Notes: generated by a model not told the origin, from the sequence alone. A DNA stretch of 64,000 nt from Vulcanimicrobiota bacterium (GCA_963820825.1 CAWGBN010000008.1:615921-679920); one strand, 5' to 3'; shown: positions 30,659-40,661, counted from the stretch's first letter. Numbers and translations: made by a program.

Positions 30659-32038
30659 TCACACGGGTTGGAAGCGTGCCGTGAAATGCCGTAACGGCGG
30701 TGCTTGCGACATCATGCGGAGGCCGGCGATCCGGTCGCGCCCGGCGAAGACGTCGCCCATCACCTCGCACACGTAATCGATGTGACTCTGCGTGTAGACG
30801 CGGCGCGGAATGGCCAAGCGGACGAGTTCCATCGCCGCGACCGTTTCTTCGCCGGTCTGCGCGTCGGTCGATCCGAACATTACCGTTCCAATCTCGACGG
30901 CACGAATGCCGCCTTCCAAATAGAGTTCGGCTACCAACGCCTGCCCCGGAAACATCCGCCCCGGGATGTGCGGCAGCATTGCGGCAGCATCGATGTAGAT
31001 GGCGTGCCCTCCGGGGGGTTGCACGATCGGGACGCCGATCCGCGTGAGATGGTCGCCCAGATAGGCGGTCGATGCAATGCGATAATGCAGGTAGTCTTCG
31101 TGAAGCACCTCCTCGAGGCCGGTCGCCATCGCTTCAAGGTCGCGTCCCGCAAGGCCGCCGTATGTGGGAAAACCCTCGGTCAGAATCAGCAAGCGCGATT
31201 CTTGTTTTACAAGTGCCTCATCGTTGCACGCGAGGAAGCCTCCGATGTTAACCAGCCCATCCTTCTTTGCCGACATCGTGCACCCGTCGGCATAGGAGAA
31301 GAGCTCTCGCGCAACCTGGCGAGGCGTTTTTTCCGCGTAGCCCTCTTCTCGTTCGCGTATGAACCAGCTATTTTCCGCGAAACGACAGGCGTCGATATAG
31401 AGCGGAATGCGATGCCGGTTACAGACCGCACGGACCGCTCGGACGTTCGCCATTGAAACGGGCTGCCCGCCGCCGGAGTTGTTGGTGATCGTCAGCACGA
31501 CGAGCGGGACGCGATCGGCACCGGTTTGCGCGATTAATGCCTCCAGCGAGTCGACATCCATGTTCCCTTTGAACGGATGGATTGCAGAGGGAAGGCGCCC
31601 TTCGATGGTGGGAAGGTCAACCGCCTTCGCGCCGGTCTCTTCGATATTTGCGCGCGTCGTATCGAAGTGAGTATTGTTCGGCACGACGTCACCCGGTTTG
31701 CACATGCTGCTGAAGAGGATGCGCTCGGCCGCGCGGCCTTGGTGCGTCGGCAGAACGTAACGAAAGCCGAAGATGCTTTGGATAACGTCGAGCAAGCGAT
31801 AGTACGATCTTCCGCCGGCGTATGATTCGTCCCCGCGCATGATCGATGCCCATTGCTCGGCGCTCATCGCGCCGGTTCCGCTGTCGGTCAGCAGATCGAT
31901 CAACACGTGATCCGCATGCAGTAGAAATGGATTGTAAGCCGCCTCTTCGAGAAAATTCCGGCGCTGAGCGCGCGTCGTCATGCGGATCGGTTCGACGCAC
32001 TTGATACGGAAGGGTTCGATGATCGACCGATGGCCCAT
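30659..32038 (-). CDS. tnaA: Tryptophanase (beta-eliminating lyase)
   Basis: IDLLTDSGT, THQGRAAE, HFDTTR, MSAKKD, LRHFTARF; the Asp, Ala and His residues match tryptophanase rather than tyrosine phenol-lyase. Confidence 0.85.
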   Translation of the reverse strand: MGHRSIIEPFRIKCVEPIRMTTRAQRRNFLEEAAYNPFLLHADHVLIDLLTDSGTGAMSAEQWASIMRGDESYAGGRSYYRLLDVIQSIFGFRYVLPTHQGRAAERILFSSMCKPGDVVPNNTHFDTTRANIEETGAKAVDLPTIEGRLPSAIHPFKGNMDVDSLEALIAQTGADRVPLVVLTITNNSGGGQPVSMANVRAVRAVCNRHRIPLYIDACRFAENSWFIREREEGYAEKTPRQVARELFSYADGCTMSAKKDGLVNIGGFLACNDEALVKQESRLLILTEGFPTYGGLAGRDLEAMATGLEEVLHEDYLHYRIASTAYLGDHLTRIGVPIVQPPGGHAIYIDAAAMLPHIPGRMFPGQALVAELYLEGGIRAVEIGTVMFGSTDAQTGEETVAAMELVRLAIPRRVYTQSHIDYVCEVMGDVFAGRDRIAGLRMMSQAPPLRHFTARFQPV

Positions 32039-32297
32039 TCTGGGCGCGCTTCTCCGGAAGACGGGCCCCGCCTGTGCTTCGCCAAGGGACGCGTTCAAAG
32101 AGTGGGCTCTCCGTGGCGAGGGCTCCGAGGACGTGACGACAGTCGAGGCCCTCTGCGATCGAGGAGTCCCACGAGCAGCTCAGTGCCGAGCTCCCGAACG
32201 ACTCGACCAATCAGCAAGCTCTCGCATCTCGAGCCGCTTATCACCCATCCGTCACCTTAGACAACAATTCGTAAGGCGATGACCCTCATAGGTTTTT

Positions 32298-32323
32298 TCG
32301 TGGCGCCAACGGGAATCGAACCC
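32298..32323 (-). repeat. tRNA 3'-end (att-like) repeat, copy 1
   Basis: TCGTGGCGCCAACGGGAATCGAACCC; 2 mismatches to TGGTAGCGCCAACGGGAATCGAACCC. Confidence 0.85.
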
Positions 32324-32673
32324 CTCACGGAGTCCCCGGCCGCTCCCGTCGATTACTGGAAACTCCCTTACCGTCTTGTTGAAGGCCTCGATATTCCGAG
32401 CGTCTCTCTTGGCGACGATGGAGTGAACCTAAAGGCTGAATACGGTTGCACTATTCGATTTTGATCGACATCGAGCAGGTTTCTTGAAGTTCTGTTAAAT
32501 CGGGCGCCATTTTGGGCGCAAAGCCATGCTTTTGCGGTAAAGGCCAAGACATGACTCCAAGGCGGACCTTTCCCAAAGTAATCCTCGGATCAAGCGCTCG
32601 ATCCCCACCCGCGGGCGATGCTTGCTGTGCTTGGAAGTTTCTTCAAAAATTCGACCATTGATGTTGCGAACTG

Positions 32674-32682
32674 TGCTATACT
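32674..32682 (+). promoter_or_regulatory. Extended -10 promoter element
   Basis: TGcTATACT about 140 nt upstream of the ABM-like gene. Confidence 0.5.
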
Positions 32683-32819
32683 TTGTTTACAGCGACTCTA
32701 GGCGCCATTTCGAAAAGCTGCCCACCGTTACTGCCGCCCTCTAAGCGGTATCAAAATACGGGGCAGTTTCTTTTTTATGGTCGAATCAGTGAGACTGCTG
32801 CGAAATCTAAGGAGTGATT

Positions 32820-33140
32820 ATGTTTTCAAGAATCGTAACGATGCACCTAAAACCCAACAACGTCGTCCAACTTACGAAAACGGTCGAAGAGCAGGTGCTC
32901 CCGCTGCTTCGTAAACAGGACGGGTTTAAAGATGCGATCTTCTTCGTAAGCCCAGACGGAAGGGACGCGACTGCAATCAGTCTGTGGGATCGGAAAGAAA
33001 ATGCCGAGTCTTATAGTAGCAAAGCGTATCCGCAAGTGCTTCAGACACTAACGAGCCTCTATGATGGAAGCCCGCAAGTCAAGACGTACGACGTTTTCAG
33101 TTCGACTTTCCACAAGATTGCCGCTCAAGCCGCAGTCTAA
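32820..33140 (+). CDS. Antibiotic biosynthesis monooxygenase-like (dimeric alpha-beta barrel) protein
   Basis: SD AAGGAG; VLPLLRKQDGF, AISLWDRKENAESY. Confidence 0.7.
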   Translation: MFSRIVTMHLKPNNVVQLTKTVEEQVLPLLRKQDGFKDAIFFVSPDGRDATAISLWDRKENAESYSSKAYPQVLQTLTSLYDGSPQVKTYDVFSSTFHKIAAQAAV

Positions 33141-33335
33141 AAGCAACCCGTCTTTCCATCCGGTAAAGAGCGGCCACCGATGGGCCGCTCTCCGTTGCTT
33201 GGAGCAGCGGACTGAAGTCCTTGAGTCGACCCTAAGTGGGCCCGGCGGTTACCGGAGCGAACGGCGGCCCTCATTTACGCGCTAATTTTGACAGAGCAAA
33301 GGCTAGGCGGCGGATACGGCTAAAGGGGACCCCTC

Positions 33336-33773
33336 ATGAAGGCTTCGCCGACGTTGATCGTGGCGATCTGCACTGGCGCCGTCACCGCACTTTCTCTCGC
33401 AGGGCCGAGCGATCGGCTCGCCCTCGCTGAATCGAACGGTCCCGCGATTTATCAGAATCGTTGCGCCATCTGTCACGAGCGATCGGGGGAAGGCGTACCC
33501 GGCGCGTTTCCACCGTTGGCTCAGAACCCGCATGTTACCACAAGCGACCCCAGTGCGGCGATCGTCGCCGTCCTCAATGGGATGCTCGTCGCCATTACCG
33601 TGCACGGGCACCGGTACACCGGCGGAATGCCGGGCTGGAGAGATTTCCTCTCAGACGCCGATGTGGCCGCCGTCGTAACGTACATTCGCACGTCCTGGGG
33701 GAATCGCGCTTCGACGGTGACCGCGTCTCAGGTCGCGCGAATTCGGGGAAACGCGTCGACGCTCACACCGTAA
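33336..33773 (+). CDS. Cytochrome c (copy 1)
   Basis: CAICH, GEGVPGAFPPLA, GMPGW, YIRTSWGN. Confidence 0.85.
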   Translation: MKASPTLIVAICTGAVTALSLAGPSDRLALAESNGPAIYQNRCAICHERSGEGVPGAFPPLAQNPHVTTSDPSAAIVAVLNGMLVAITVHGHRYTGGMPGWRDFLSDADVAAVVTYIRTSWGNRASTVTASQVARIRGNASTLTP

Positions 33774-34306
33774 TGGCGACAAGACCCACGATGAAAGTTC
33801 CGTTCTCGGCTCCTCGTAGTGCCGCGCGCTGCGCGCTACTGCTCGCATCGATGGTATTCGCGGCATCGGCCGGCGCGCTTGCGGCCGACAAGGCTAGCGG
33901 GAGGGTCAGTTTCAAGACTTACTCGACCGCGGTCAAATACGGGTGGCTCGTTCGTGGTCCAGACGAAATGGATCCGAACAAGGCCGTTCTTCGCATTTAC
34001 TTGTCGAGCGTCGACATCGGCGCCAAGATCAGGGCGTGTAAAACCTTGTCTTGTGCAGACGGCGCGCTAGACGATGGGGCCATGATCGATTTCGGCGACG
34101 CAACGCATCTTGGCTACGCACTTAGGTTTAACGGCGACCTGGTCCAATATTCCGGCGGTACCAACGCGCAGGCATTCACACTTTCGACGAACCAGCCCGA
34201 CCATCTCGCAGGCAAGCTGCACGTCGACGACAGCGCCGTTGGCGGTGGTAAGGTCGACGCAGAATTCGACCTGACACTGACACGTACGTTCGAGACTATC
34301 CTTTAG
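33773..34306 (+). CDS. Hypothetical secreted protein
   Basis: ATG overlaps the cytochrome c stop (TAATG); signal peptide ending ALA. Confidence 0.55.
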   Translation: MATRPTMKVPFSAPRSAARCALLLASMVFAASAGALAADKASGRVSFKTYSTAVKYGWLVRGPDEMDPNKAVLRIYLSSVDIGAKIRACKTLSCADGALDDGAMIDFGDATHLGYALRFNGDLVQYSGGTNAQAFTLSTNQPDHLAGKLHVDDSAVGGGKVDAEFDLTLTRTFETIL

Positions 34307-34381
34307 CTCCGTCAAACGCGCGAGTCGCCTCGACGAACCGAGTGAGTCGAATATAATTCCACACTACCGACGACAGCAAAG

Positions 34382-34403
34382 AAGGCCCGTCGTTACGAGC
34401 CTT
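34382..34403 (-). terminator. Terminator-like hairpin just 3' of the att copy's CCA position
   Basis: Minus strand AAGGCTCGT-AACG-ACGGGCCTT followed by CTTT. Confidence 0.55.
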
Positions 34404-34406
34404 GTG

Positions 34407-34435
34407 TAGTAGCGCCAACGAGAATCGAACCCGCG
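34407..34435 (-). repeat. tRNA 3'-end (att-like) repeat, copy 2
   Basis: TAGTAGCGCCAACGAGAATCGAACCCGCG; 2 mismatches to the consensus. Confidence 0.85.
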
Positions 34436-34599
34436 AATCGGAGTCCCGGCCGCTCCCGTCTAGTACACGATACTCCTTTCATGTATGGGGTCTCGTGTTT
34501 TCGCGTCCCTTCTTAGTCCCGTCGAGCCCCGGCGAGTTTCCCTTCGGGTCGTTACTGCGGTCGTCGCGAATGACTGACGCCCTAGCGCGGGTGACCGCG

Positions 34600-35823
34600 C
34601 TACGGCTTTATTGCGAAAACGACACCAGCGCCAGTAAGGCTTTGCGAACCGTACCCTCCGCCCTCGGACGTAGTGCCATACAGGAGACTGTCGACGGCAA
34701 TCAGACCGGCATCCGGATGTGCCGGCGTCCTGTCGTCCCTGGCGCGAGGGAACACGTGAAGAATGGTCCGCGCACCCGACGGCGTGACTCTGAACACGCT
34801 GCCGCCTCGCTGATTCGCACCGGCGAACTGACCGTAGGTCGTTCCGTATAGAAGGCCTTTATAAACGAGCAGGGCCGATGCCGGATACTTACTGTCGCGA
34901 GTGAAGCGGCAGAGGACGTGCTCACTGCCGGAAGTCGTGATCGCAAAAACGGATCCGTTCCCAAGCCCCCGGTGATGCGCGCCGCCATAGAAGGTCGTGC
35001 CGTACAGGGCCCCGTTCAGTGCGACCACGCCGCCCTGCGGCTCGAAACCGTCTCGCGCGTTCTTCCCAAAACTATGCAGGATGCTTTCTTTGCCCGATGC
35101 GTTTACTTTGAAAACCGCTCCCGCGGTGTAGGCGCCGCTTGTTCGGGTCGAGCCATAGAACCAACCATGAAGAAATGCAAGATTACCATTCGGTTGGCAA
35201 CCGTCCGGGATGCCCTTGAAACTATAGATGACCTGGAAGTCGCCCGACGTCCCGATCGAGAAGAACGCCCCACAATGGTGCGCGCCTCCTGAGTCCGTCG
35301 TTCCGTAGAGCCGTCCCTTGACGTAAATTAGCGGCGAGTCAGGATGCGCGCCGTCGCGGCCAACGAAGCGGTACATGACGCGCTCTTGCCCCGTCGTAGT
35401 GATCTTAAAAACAGTCCCGCAGCCGCTGTGGCGAAAACATTGGGAACCGCCGCCATCGTTCGTGGTTCCATAGAGCTCACCCTTAACGGCCGTCAAACTT
35501 GTGGTTGGCGTCGCGCCGTCGCGTCTGCCCTCGAAACTGTAGAGTACGCTCTCCGCTCCGGAGCCGTCGATTTGATAGACCGTGCCCGCCCCACTCGTGC
35601 CGCCGCCGGCTGTCGTGCCGTAGAGGATACCATTGAGATCACTTAGCGCCGCCTCAGGGTCCGCACCGTCGCCGTTACCTTTGAAAGCGTAGATCGTGTG
35701 GTAGCCGCCTCGGGCCTCAGGGGTGGTAACCGAATCGAGTTGCGAGCCGCTCGTAGGCAACACTGGCGTGCGGCTCGAGCAGCTCACGAGGATAACACAA
35801 AGCAGCAAAAAGCTTACACGCAT
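34600..35823 (-). CDS. GloVer-type tandem-repeat (choice-of-anchor) lipoprotein
   Basis: Lipobox LVSCSS; about 7 repeats of LYGTT..GG...G.VF.I...G.E..L..F. Confidence 0.8.
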   Translation of the reverse strand: MRVSFLLLCVILVSCSSRTPVLPTSGSQLDSVTTPEARGGYHTIYAFKGNGDGADPEAALSDLNGILYGTTAGGGTSGAGTVYQIDGSGAESVLYSFEGRRDGATPTTSLTAVKGELYGTTNDGGGSQCFRHSGCGTVFKITTTGQERVMYRFVGRDGAHPDSPLIYVKGRLYGTTDSGGAHHCGAFFSIGTSGDFQVIYSFKGIPDGCQPNGNLAFLHGWFYGSTRTSGAYTAGAVFKVNASGKESILHSFGKNARDGFEPQGGVVALNGALYGTTFYGGAHHRGLGNGSVFAITTSGSEHVLCRFTRDSKYPASALLVYKGLLYGTTYGQFAGANQRGGSVFRVTPSGARTILHVFPRARDDRTPAHPDAGLIAVDSLLYGTTSEGGGYGSQSLTGAGVVFAIKP

Positions 35824-35907
35824 GATCGTAGAATAGGACGAAAGGCATGATAGCGCAAGCGCATTGCGTAGGGCGCCGCCGCGGCACTGGAAACACCAAG
35901 TGGTAGC

Positions 35908-35978
35908 AGCCGTCGAGCGCATCTCCGAACGCCTGCGAACGGCTGCTCGACCTCCGGTTAAGGTTTGGCCGCCGTAAG
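35908..35978 (+). pseudogene. Remnant: internal piece and 3' end of the PNPOx-family gene joined to the 3' end of the metal-binding gene
   Basis: 35908-35942 identical to 42159-42193; 35946-35978 matches 61316-61349. Confidence 0.7.
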
Positions 35979-36060
35979 CCGTGGCGGCGACGTCTTCACA
36001 AATAGTTCTTCCCAATGCCCTAGACTGTGGGCTTGAGGAACTCGAAAGGATGATATCGAT

Positions 36061-36552
36061 ATGGGCACGCTGAGAGAGCATATTGACGTGAGATGTCCTC
36101 GCTACTATCTAATTCATCACGCGGAACGCTACTTTACCGTCCACCGCTCCGGCCAGACACCAGGGACATTCAGCTTAGCAGTCGACATGTCCAAAGTCGG
36201 CCTTCCCGGAAAGGTACAAGCACGCCACGACGTGCGGATGCGATACGAAACTTCGAAAGACGCCAACGATCAGCCCATAGTCGCGCTGACGTGGGATCCG
36301 GACGACCGTTTCGTTCCGAGGTTTACCGGTGCGCTATCCGGCGAAATGTTGGAGGACGGAAGAGCACGCTTGACTCTCGAGGGTACATACGATGCACCTT
36401 TCGGACCGGTAGGAGCCGTGTTCGACGCAGTTCTGGGCCACCGGATCGCCGCGGCGACGGCCGACGCCTTCCTGCAAGACGTCAAACAATTCATCGAGTC
36501 GGACTATCAGGTCGCGGCGGCGACGTCGCTTGCCGAATCTCCGAAAGACTGA
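36061..36552 (+). CDS. Hypothetical protein (SRPBCC/START-like fold suspected)
   Basis: LTLEGTYDAPFGPVGAVFDAVLGHRIAAATA pattern; duplicated in part at 42320. Confidence 0.65.
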   Translation: MGTLREHIDVRCPRYYLIHHAERYFTVHRSGQTPGTFSLAVDMSKVGLPGKVQARHDVRMRYETSKDANDQPIVALTWDPDDRFVPRFTGALSGEMLEDGRARLTLEGTYDAPFGPVGAVFDAVLGHRIAAATADAFLQDVKQFIESDYQVAAATSLAESPKD

Positions 36553-36577
36553 CGAGAGGACGAACCCTTAGCCGATT

Positions 36578-36606
36578 TGGTAGCGCCAACGGGAATCGAA
36601 CCCGCG
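36578..36606 (-). repeat. tRNA 3'-end (att-like) repeat, copy 3 (perfect)
   Basis: Minus strand CGCGGGTTCGATTCCCGTTGGCGCTACCA: T-arm, acceptor 3' strand and CCA. Confidence 0.9.
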
Positions 36607-36726
36607 TCCTTCGACAAGCCTCAGGATGACACGCGGCTATCGCTGGGGGAACTCGTCGTAGTCAGGGTCAAGAGCCAAACATGGAACCAGCACGCTTTGC
36701 CCTAGACGACGTTAGGGAGTTGCACC

Positions 36727-36900
36727 GTGATTCGACTCGGTGATCACGTCATCGTGAAAGGCGAGGACGAGGAAGCGATCGTTACCGCCGTGCATCCCGA
36801 CTCACAGGTCGAAATCGAGTTCCTTCATGCGTCGGAGGGAAGACCGCGGCGCAGGCGCTACGCCGCCGAAGCGCTCGAGAAAGTTTTGCGGACCTCCTAA
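36727..36900 (+). CDS. Small hypothetical protein (57 aa, below the ORF-track cutoff)
   Basis: SD AGGGAG then GTG; MIRLGDHVIVKGEDEEAIVTAVHPDSQVEIEF..., an SH3/KOW-like pattern. Confidence 0.55.
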   Translation: MIRLGDHVIVKGEDEEAIVTAVHPDSQVEIEFLHASEGRPRRRRYAAEALEKVLRTS

Positions 36901-36908
36901 TCCGCCTA

Positions 36909-37355
36909 CTACATGCTTTGCTTGACTGGAATGTTCGTCAGTGGCCCGTCTCCGCCGACCTGCTCGATGGTAACGCCCTGTGCGACCGACCAGTGATGGA
37001 CGCCTGCTGGGACTGCAATGAACGAACCCGCCGGTAGCACCCGCGCGTTAGACTTGTCGATGGTATTACCCGTCCCGAACAAAAGCGTTCCTTGGATCAC
37101 GGTGATATATTCGGCGTGCGAATGGTAATGCGGCTTGTTCGTGTAGCCGTCGGGCATCTTAACGCGAATGATTGCGGTGCCGGATGAGCTCGGATTGCCA
37201 ACCATCACCGCATTCCAAGAGCCCTTCGCAGGACCGGTGGCGGCCACCCAGTGGAGGCTATCGGACGTAAAAAAGATCGGAGCTGACTGCATCGCGGCGA
37301 GCGTAGCGCCGGCGGTCACGAGCAGCCCCAAAACGAGCCACGAGAAGAGTTTCAT
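36909..37355 (-). CDS. Secreted cupin-domain protein
   Basis: PHYHSHAEYITVIQG and AGSFIAVPAGVHH cupin motifs. Confidence 0.8.
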   Translation of the reverse strand: MKLFSWLVLGLLVTAGATLAAMQSAPIFFTSDSLHWVAATGPAKGSWNAVMVGNPSSSGTAIIRVKMPDGYTNKPHYHSHAEYITVIQGTLLFGTGNTIDKSNARVLPAGSFIAVPAGVHHWSVAQGVTIEQVGGDGPLTNIPVKQSM

Positions 37356-37551
37356 AGACTATCCTTTCATCGAAAACCTATAGAAATGCAACGGGATTGC
37401 TTGCCCCCTTCGCTACTACGAAGACGGGGGCCCTTTGCGAAACCGATGTTCGTTAGAACGCCCCGATGCTAAGCGCAGCTTTGCCGCTCCGCCCCATTTC
37501 CCGAAGGTTCTCGACGGGTTAGGACCATACAAGAGTCGGATGAAAAGGCTT

Positions 37552-37758
37552 TTAACAGCTTGAATCGACGACGGGTCCGAGGCATCTCCCGAGAATGCAG
37601 CGGCGTCGATCCCTCGAGTTTTCAACCGCGGCAACGCCGGCGGCAAGGCGATCTTCGCTGCGCCCGATCACGGAGACCGCAAAGCCCTCAGCCCCGAACT
37701 TCCCGGCCACGGCCGTTGCCGTGCCTGGGCCGACGACCATAACGATGTTCTTTACCAT
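37552..37758 (-). pseudogene. Truncated SDR oxidoreductase N-terminus
   Basis: IVMVVGPGTATAVAGKFGAEGFAVSVIGRS; the continuation LKTRGIDAAAFSGDASDPSSI is in another frame and then ends. Confidence 0.65.
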
Positions 37759-38306
37759 TATTGCTGCGCCAATACCGCCTCGACGTTGAGTTCGATCCGA
37801 ACCTCGTCACCCACCACCACGCCACCGGTCTCCAGCGCGGCGTTCCAGGCGAGCCCGAAATCCTTGCGATTGACCGTCGTGTGCGCGGCGTAGCCGACGC
37901 GGGTACCGCCCCACGGATCGACCGTGCGCCCTTCAAACGTACCGTTCAGCCGCACGTCGCGCGTCACGCCGTGAATCGTGAGTTTGCCGTCGATTGCGAT
38001 CGCCTCCGGTGTGCCGTCGATCTGCGTGCTTTCAAAGGTCAGGTGCGGATACTTCTCCACCTCGAAAAAGTCGGCCGAGCGCAGATGCGCGTCGCGCTGT
38101 TCTTCGCGAGTATCGATCGAGGCCGCATCGATCGTCACGCTGATTGAAATCGGCAGATCGCTTCCCGCTGGAAGCTCGATTCTGCCGTCAAAGGCGGTAA
38201 AACGGCCCCGGACCTTGGTGATCATAAGATGGCGGACGACGAACTCCACCGTTGTGTGGGCCGGGTCCAGCGTATAAACCGCGTTCGCTTGCAGCTGAGT
38301 GGTCAT
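37758..38306 (-). CDS. YceI family protein
   Basis: LDPAHTTVEFVVRHLM, RDAHLRSADFF, LTIHGVT, DPWG. Confidence 0.9.
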   Translation of the reverse strand: MTTQLQANAVYTLDPAHTTVEFVVRHLMITKVRGRFTAFDGRIELPAGSDLPISISVTIDAASIDTREEQRDAHLRSADFFEVEKYPHLTFESTQIDGTPEAIAIDGKLTIHGVTRDVRLNGTFEGRTVDPWGGTRVGYAAHTTVNRKDFGLAWNAALETGGVVVGDEVRIELNVEAVLAQQ

Positions 38307-38384
38307 TCTTCTCCTCCTGCCTTGATGATAGGCAACGGTTGTCGTATAATCAGCTTGTGTCGCGTATAGTACAACTGTCGGACC

Positions 38385-38400
38385 TGTCGGTCAACCGACA
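38385..38400. promoter_or_regulatory. Palindrome, candidate TetR operator
   Basis: TGTCGGT-CA-ACCGACA between divergent yceI and tetR; several more TGTCG half-sites at 38340-38417. Confidence 0.5.
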
Positions 38401-38439
38401 AAACGGCGGAAATGTCGTTTACCCAACGGGAGCGAGAGA

Positions 38440-39021
38440 ATGACGCCTAGCGTGGCCGGGGAGCGCCTTTCCCGGGAGGACCCGCGCATCACCCGCACGC
38501 GCAAGCTCATCCGCGATTCGCTCGGGTCGCTGCTCGCGGAAAAGAACTTTGAGTCGATCACCGTACAAGATATCGCCGAACGTGCGACGGTCAACCGCGC
38601 AACGTTCTATGCCCACTTTACCGATAAGTTCGCATTGCTCGATGCGATGATCCGCGATGATTTCGCCGGCTATCTGGCGGACGGCGATCCCTTAGGGGCG
38701 CCCGACACTCGTACGTTATTGCTGGCGGTTGGCAACAACGTCTTCGGCTTTGTCGGTTTGCATCGAAAGTGCCGTATCGATCGTGACTTCGAACCGCAGC
38801 TCCAGCGGAGCATCGAAACCGGCCTCGTCGAGTTTCTTGCATCGAAATTCACGCCGTGCACGGCGACGCTGGTTGCTTCGGCGCTCGTCGGTGCGGCGAT
38901 GAACTGGCGCCACGAAACGCCAAAGTTGCCGTCCAGACCAATCGTCGAGAACATCGTCGGGATTCTCGTCAATGGGGTCCAGCAGGTCCACGTCTTTCCA
39001 GATTCACCACCCTCCGGCTAG
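38440..39021 (+). CDS. TetR/AcrR family regulator
   Basis: DPRITRTR, ITVQDIAERATVNRATFYAHFTDK. Confidence 0.9.
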   Translation: MTPSVAGERLSREDPRITRTRKLIRDSLGSLLAEKNFESITVQDIAERATVNRATFYAHFTDKFALLDAMIRDDFAGYLADGDPLGAPDTRTLLLAVGNNVFGFVGLHRKCRIDRDFEPQLQRSIETGLVEFLASKFTPCTATLVASALVGAAMNWRHETPKLPSRPIVENIVGILVNGVQQVHVFPDSPPSG

Positions 39022-39055
39022 TGAAACAGCCGCTCTCTATTTAGGAGGTTTTTAC

Positions 39056-39733
39056 ATGGTGCGCAACATCGTTCTGGTCCACGGGGGTTTTGTCGACGGG
39101 TCCGGCTGGCTGGGTGTCTACAATATTCTTCAAAAAGACGGCTTCAGGGTGAGCGTCGTGCAGAATCCAACGATCTCGCTCGAGGGTGACGTCGCGGCGA
39201 CAAAAATGATCCTCGACCAGCAGTCGGATGACGTCATTCTCGTGGGCCACTCCTACGGCGGCGCGGTTATCACGGAAGCCGGCACGCATCCGAAGGTCAC
39301 TGGTCTGGTCTACATCACCGCCTTTGCGCCGGATGCGGGTGAATCGGTAAACACGCTCATCGCTAATCCGCCGCCTGGCGCACCCGTCCCGCCGATCCTG
39401 CCGCCTGTTGACGGCTATCTGTTCTTAGATAGGCAGAAATTCGCCGCTTCATTTGCGGGCGACGTCGATGCCGCCACCGCGAAGTTCATGGCGGATTCGC
39501 AGGTTCCATGGGGCGTCAACGCGCTCAGCGGCGCGATCACGACTCCGGCATGGAAAAGCAAGAAGAGTTGGTATTTGCTTGTCACCGACGACAAAATGAT
39601 TCCGCTGCCTGCGCAGCGCCTTATGTGCGAACGCGCCGGCGCAACGTCGACGGAAGTGCCGGGCAGTCACGCGATTTACGTATCCAACCCCGGCGCAGTC
39701 GCCGCGCTGATAGAGGTCGCCGCGAACTCCTAA
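39056..39733 (+). CDS. Alpha/beta hydrolase
   Basis: SD AGGAGG; VLVHGG, GHSYGG, DDKMIP, GSHA. Confidence 0.85.
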   Translation: MVRNIVLVHGGFVDGSGWLGVYNILQKDGFRVSVVQNPTISLEGDVAATKMILDQQSDDVILVGHSYGGAVITEAGTHPKVTGLVYITAFAPDAGESVNTLIANPPPGAPVPPILPPVDGYLFLDRQKFAASFAGDVDAATAKFMADSQVPWGVNALSGAITTPAWKSKKSWYLLVTDDKMIPLPAQRLMCERAGATSTEVPGSHAIYVSNPGAVAALIEVAANS

Positions 39734-40281
39734 GGTTCGACCAGAATCGCCTCGACGTCGATCACGATATCAATCTGCGCGCTCACGACGATGCCGCCGT
39801 CGGACATCGTATCGTTCCAGTTGACGCCGAAGTCGTAGCGATCGATCTGCGTTCGCGCGACAAACCCCGCCCGCGTCTTGGGCCCCTTGTCAACGCCGTC
39901 TTCCCACCATGGGGTCTCCCACGACCCCAGATACCGTACGCTGAGCGTAGCCGGGTGCGTAACACCCCTAATGGTGAGATCGCCCGTGACCCGATAATCG
40001 ACCGGACCGACTTCGTTGATGCCGGTGCTTTTAAAGCGAATCTGCGGAAACTGCTCGCAGTGCAAGAAGTCGGCGCTGCGCAGATGATTGTCGCGCGCGT
40101 CGACGCCCGTCCAACACGTCGTCGCACTAATCGTGGTTTCGACGGTGAGGCTCCGCGGATCGGCCGGATCGAACTCCAGTTTCCCCTCGATATTTTTGAA
40201 CGAGCCGCGCACCCAAGTGATCATCATATGCCGCGCTCGGAACTCCGCGGCAGAGTGTCCCGGTTCAAAGATCCATTTCAT
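39730..40281 (-). CDS. YceI family protein
   Basis: EPGHSAAEFRARHMM, RDNHLRSADF, GDLTIRGVT. Confidence 0.9.
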   Translation of the reverse strand: MKWIFEPGHSAAEFRARHMMITWVRGSFKNIEGKLEFDPADPRSLTVETTISATTCWTGVDARDNHLRSADFLHCEQFPQIRFKSTGINEVGPVDYRVTGDLTIRGVTHPATLSVRYLGSWETPWWEDGVDKGPKTRAGFVARTQIDRYDFGVNWNDTMSDGGIVVSAQIDIVIDVEAILVEP

Positions 40282-40661
40282 TCAACGACCCTTTCGTTTG
40301 ACGCTTCGCGGCTTGCGGCTGTGAACCGTGCGCCTGCGGTGCCCTCCATTTTTCCCCGTCCGGGCGCCTGACCTCGGAGGTTGATATCGGCTGCGATGGC
40401 GTCGCGAGCAACCTCAACCGGGCGCCGGCTCGCCAGTTGCCCTCGATTTGGATGTGCTTACCCTTACCAGAGCCTCGGCTCTCTGTTAACTCCGCCGCAC
40501 CCCAACCCCCAACACGCGCGCGGGTGCAATGAATGCCTAACGTCCTACCTCCTCATCCTCGAAGCGCGGTACCGCGGCACCTTTGCGATCAACCCTTCAA
40601 ATCGAAGATCCAACCAGAACGCTTGCGGGATTCTCGTCTTAAGCGACGTGTAGTCCAACAC

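Noticed and set aside
36578..36660. Intact tRNA gene at any repeat copy
   Set aside because: Sequence 5' of the T-arm differs between copies and gives no D-arm, anticodon arm or 5' acceptor strand.
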